A stretch of 63,464 bases of DNA, the filler included, from Folioceros fuciformis (taxonomy: Eukaryota): assembly GCA_049999805.1 (NCBI GenBank). It is 9 parts of 9 records of this genome, joined end to end, with 100 filler letters (N's around TTAATTAATTAA, not from the genome) between each part and the next. Parts side by side here need not be neighbours in the genome. Positions count along the whole stretch, not along the records: positions 61,097 to 63,464 come from JBNGIO010001098.1; 8 more parts are not named here. One strand, written 5' to 3'. The first letter of the stretch is position 1, and each line of letters starts with the position of its first letter. The notes under the pieces were generated by a model. The model was given only the letters and a program-made list of their open reading frames with translations, was not told where the DNA came from and searched no databases. Of this stretch, positions 61,097-63,464 are shown in pieces. The translations under genes and the position numbers were made by a program.

Positions 61097-63464
61097 CAAC
61101 TGATCCTTCTAATCCAAAGGTACTCTCATCAAAAGTAACACTTGCATAAAAAACTTTATTTTTAACAACGTCATATAATTTATAGGCCTTGATGTATTCT
61201 GTATAACCCAACATGAGGAGTTTCCTTGACTTATCTGAAAACTTCTTACGGTTCTCTTTGGGTATAAAAGCATAGGTAATACAGCCAAAAACCCTTAGGT
61301 GTTGAATTGATGGCTTCCATCTTATGAAAGTTTCATAAGGTGTCATATTTTCAACATAATTTGTAGGTAAGATATTTTTGAGGTAAGTGGCTGTCCTTAA
61401 TGCTTCTGCCCAATATGGTAAAGGAAGTTGAGCTTGATGAAGCAAACATGTTGTCATTTCTTGCAGAGTTAAATTCAAGCGCTCTGCAACTCCATTTTGT
61501 TGAGGAGTGTAAACCACTATCAACTGTCTCCCAATACCAACGCCTATACAATAATTCTGGAAAATCATGGAAGGTGAATTCTCCACCCTTATCTGATCTC
61601 ATTGTCTTCAATTGCTTTCCAGTCCACCTTTCAGATTGTTTTACATAATCCTTAAAATAAGAAACACTCACTTTTATTTTTCAAAATATATGAAGTGACA
61701 AATCTGGTTTTATCTTCTGTAAAGTTAAGAAATATTTTCCACCACCTTTGGACTCTTGAGAAAGAGGCCCACGTAGATCTGTATGTACAAGCTCCAATAT
61801 TTCATGTGCTCTATGGGGAGTCAAATTTTTGAAAGCAGCTTGATGTCGCTTAGAAAGAACACAAGATTCACAAAGTGGCAAGCTTGGTAAAGGACCAATT
61901 TTTCCATCTTGATACAAATTACTAATAGCTAATTTTTGCAATTTAGTGTTATGTGGGTGTCCCAATCTAGCATGTCATAGCTTTGACTTTTCTATTTGTT
62001 GGTCAGAAATCGACAAGGCATCTTATGTTAAATTAGACTCTTTAGGAGCTTGTTTTATATGTAAAAGGTACTAACCTTCTGTAGAGGATCCAAAACCAAT
62101 TATTCTCTTATAATCAAGTGCATCTCTCAACTGCCATTTTGCTTGTGTAAACAAAACATGACAATTATTATCTGCACTTAACTTCTTAAGAGATATCAAA
62201 TTCCTAGTCATGTCAGGCACATGATAAACTTCATTGAGAAGCAAAACAGCCCCAGAAGGTAATGACAATGTGATTGTGCCTTTTCCAGGTGTAACAAGAG
62301 ACCTATCATCTCCATGGTAAACATACTCATCTGAACTGACCAGTATGTTGTGAATGCACTTTCATCAAAACACGCATGTGCTGTAGCGTCTGTATCTAAA
62401 TACCATTCACTAGAATGATGGGTGAATGTATGTGCTGATAGGCTAATGGGCTGGACTGGTGAGACAACAACATTCTTGCTTGTCAAAACTGTAAGAACAG
62501 AAGGAGTAGGTTATTTCTTTACCACCACTTGACTGGATGCACCAGCTGAAGAGTCCTTTTGATTCTCAGCGGCTTGATTCACGTGCCCAATGACTAGGTA
62601 TTCCACAATAGTTGCAATTACCTAGTCTCTTTGCTTTCTGATTATTCAAGTTATTTGGCTTCTGCTACAAACTTCCAAATTTTGAAGTTCCCTTGTTTGC
62701 AGACCTTGAACCACGAAAGCTTGACCTTGCGCCCTTTTTGTTGTAATTAGACGTGTATAGTGCCGGTTGCTTCCCTCCACGTCAATGTTGGCCCCTACTT
62801 GCCTCCTCTTGCATAAGGGCTCTCACTAGCTCAGCAAATGACATTGAAGGTAAAACTACCCCCGAGAGTCTCACTAGCCTAGCAGCTTGGGTTTGAGCAA
62901 CTGTGTGTGAAGTCACAAAATGAGATCATGATTCGGGTAGAGATAACATGGGGGCCATACAAAGGTCCTGATCATCCATCACCTCTCCAGAAGCACTTTT
63001 ACACTTGGCAGCCAATGCTCTAAACACACCAACATGTTTCTCAATTGAATCTCCCTCTTTCATCTTGTAGTTTTGAAAATTACGCATAGCTAACATAACG
63101 CTCACCACATTCCTAGCTAAATACAGGTCCTCCAAGCGAATCCAAATTTCTGCTGCTGACTTAGCCCCTCTAGTCTGCCGTAACATATTGGATGTTAGGC
63201 CATTGCGAATAAGGTACATGGCCGCATCATTTTTGATTGACCATGCTTTAGCTACTTCAGGATCATCATTTGGCCGCTCCTCATCACCCTTTGTGATTTT
63301 CCAAAGTCACCGGTTTTGGAGTGCCCCTTGCATCCTTAATACCCAGATATCGTAGTCAGTTCCATTGAAACAATCCTTCTCCTTAAAACCATCACCAGCC
63401 AGATTTGTTGGCTCCGACATCACAGGAGGACTAGATAATCTTCTAGTTAAGGTGTGAGGAAGGC
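61097..63464 (-). mobile_element. Ty1/Copia gag-protease-integrase, decayed
   Basis: CFNGTDYDIW gag start near 63370, FQNYKMKEGDSIEKHV, WYLDTDATAH, VHTDLRGP, MRSDKGGEF, YTPQQNGVAERLN, HLRVFGC. Confidence 0.93.

Overview
Eukaryotic nuclear DNA from a seed-free land plant. The evidence is short GT-AG introns, a very long PLS-class PPR gene with a WW-type PG box, an ICE/SCRM bHLH and TTTAGGG telomere motifs; hornwort, fern or lycophyte is my inference, not proven. The window is nine contigs joined by eight identical artificial 100-nt linkers (N44-TTAATTAATTAA-N44), so adjacency across gaps is not guaranteed. Gene islands carry an AIRP2-like RING E3 ligase, an intronless conserved plant protein of unknown function, a 32-motif PLS-E+ PPR editing-type protein, a CAF1 deadenylase, NRPB11, HDA14, ICE1/SCRM, an intronless RLCK-VII kinase and a group III WRKY, plus USP and PPR pseudogenes. 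The islands alternate with decayed, nested LTR retrotransposons: five Ty1/Copia elements plus RT and RNase H fragments, Ty3/Gypsy remnants and several LTR termini. Most notable: (i) short telomere-repeat fillers exactly at rearrangement junctions in dead elements; (ii) a Gypsy integrase ending in a PHD finger, alongside LTR insertions found only inside other retroelements; (iii) a recently expanded PPR array with a near-pure pyrimidine-binding code and a deaminase-less WW-type C-terminus; (iv) an uncharacterised ORF with its own TATA box just inside an element terminus. No wholly new system is demonstrated by the sequence alone; these are leads.
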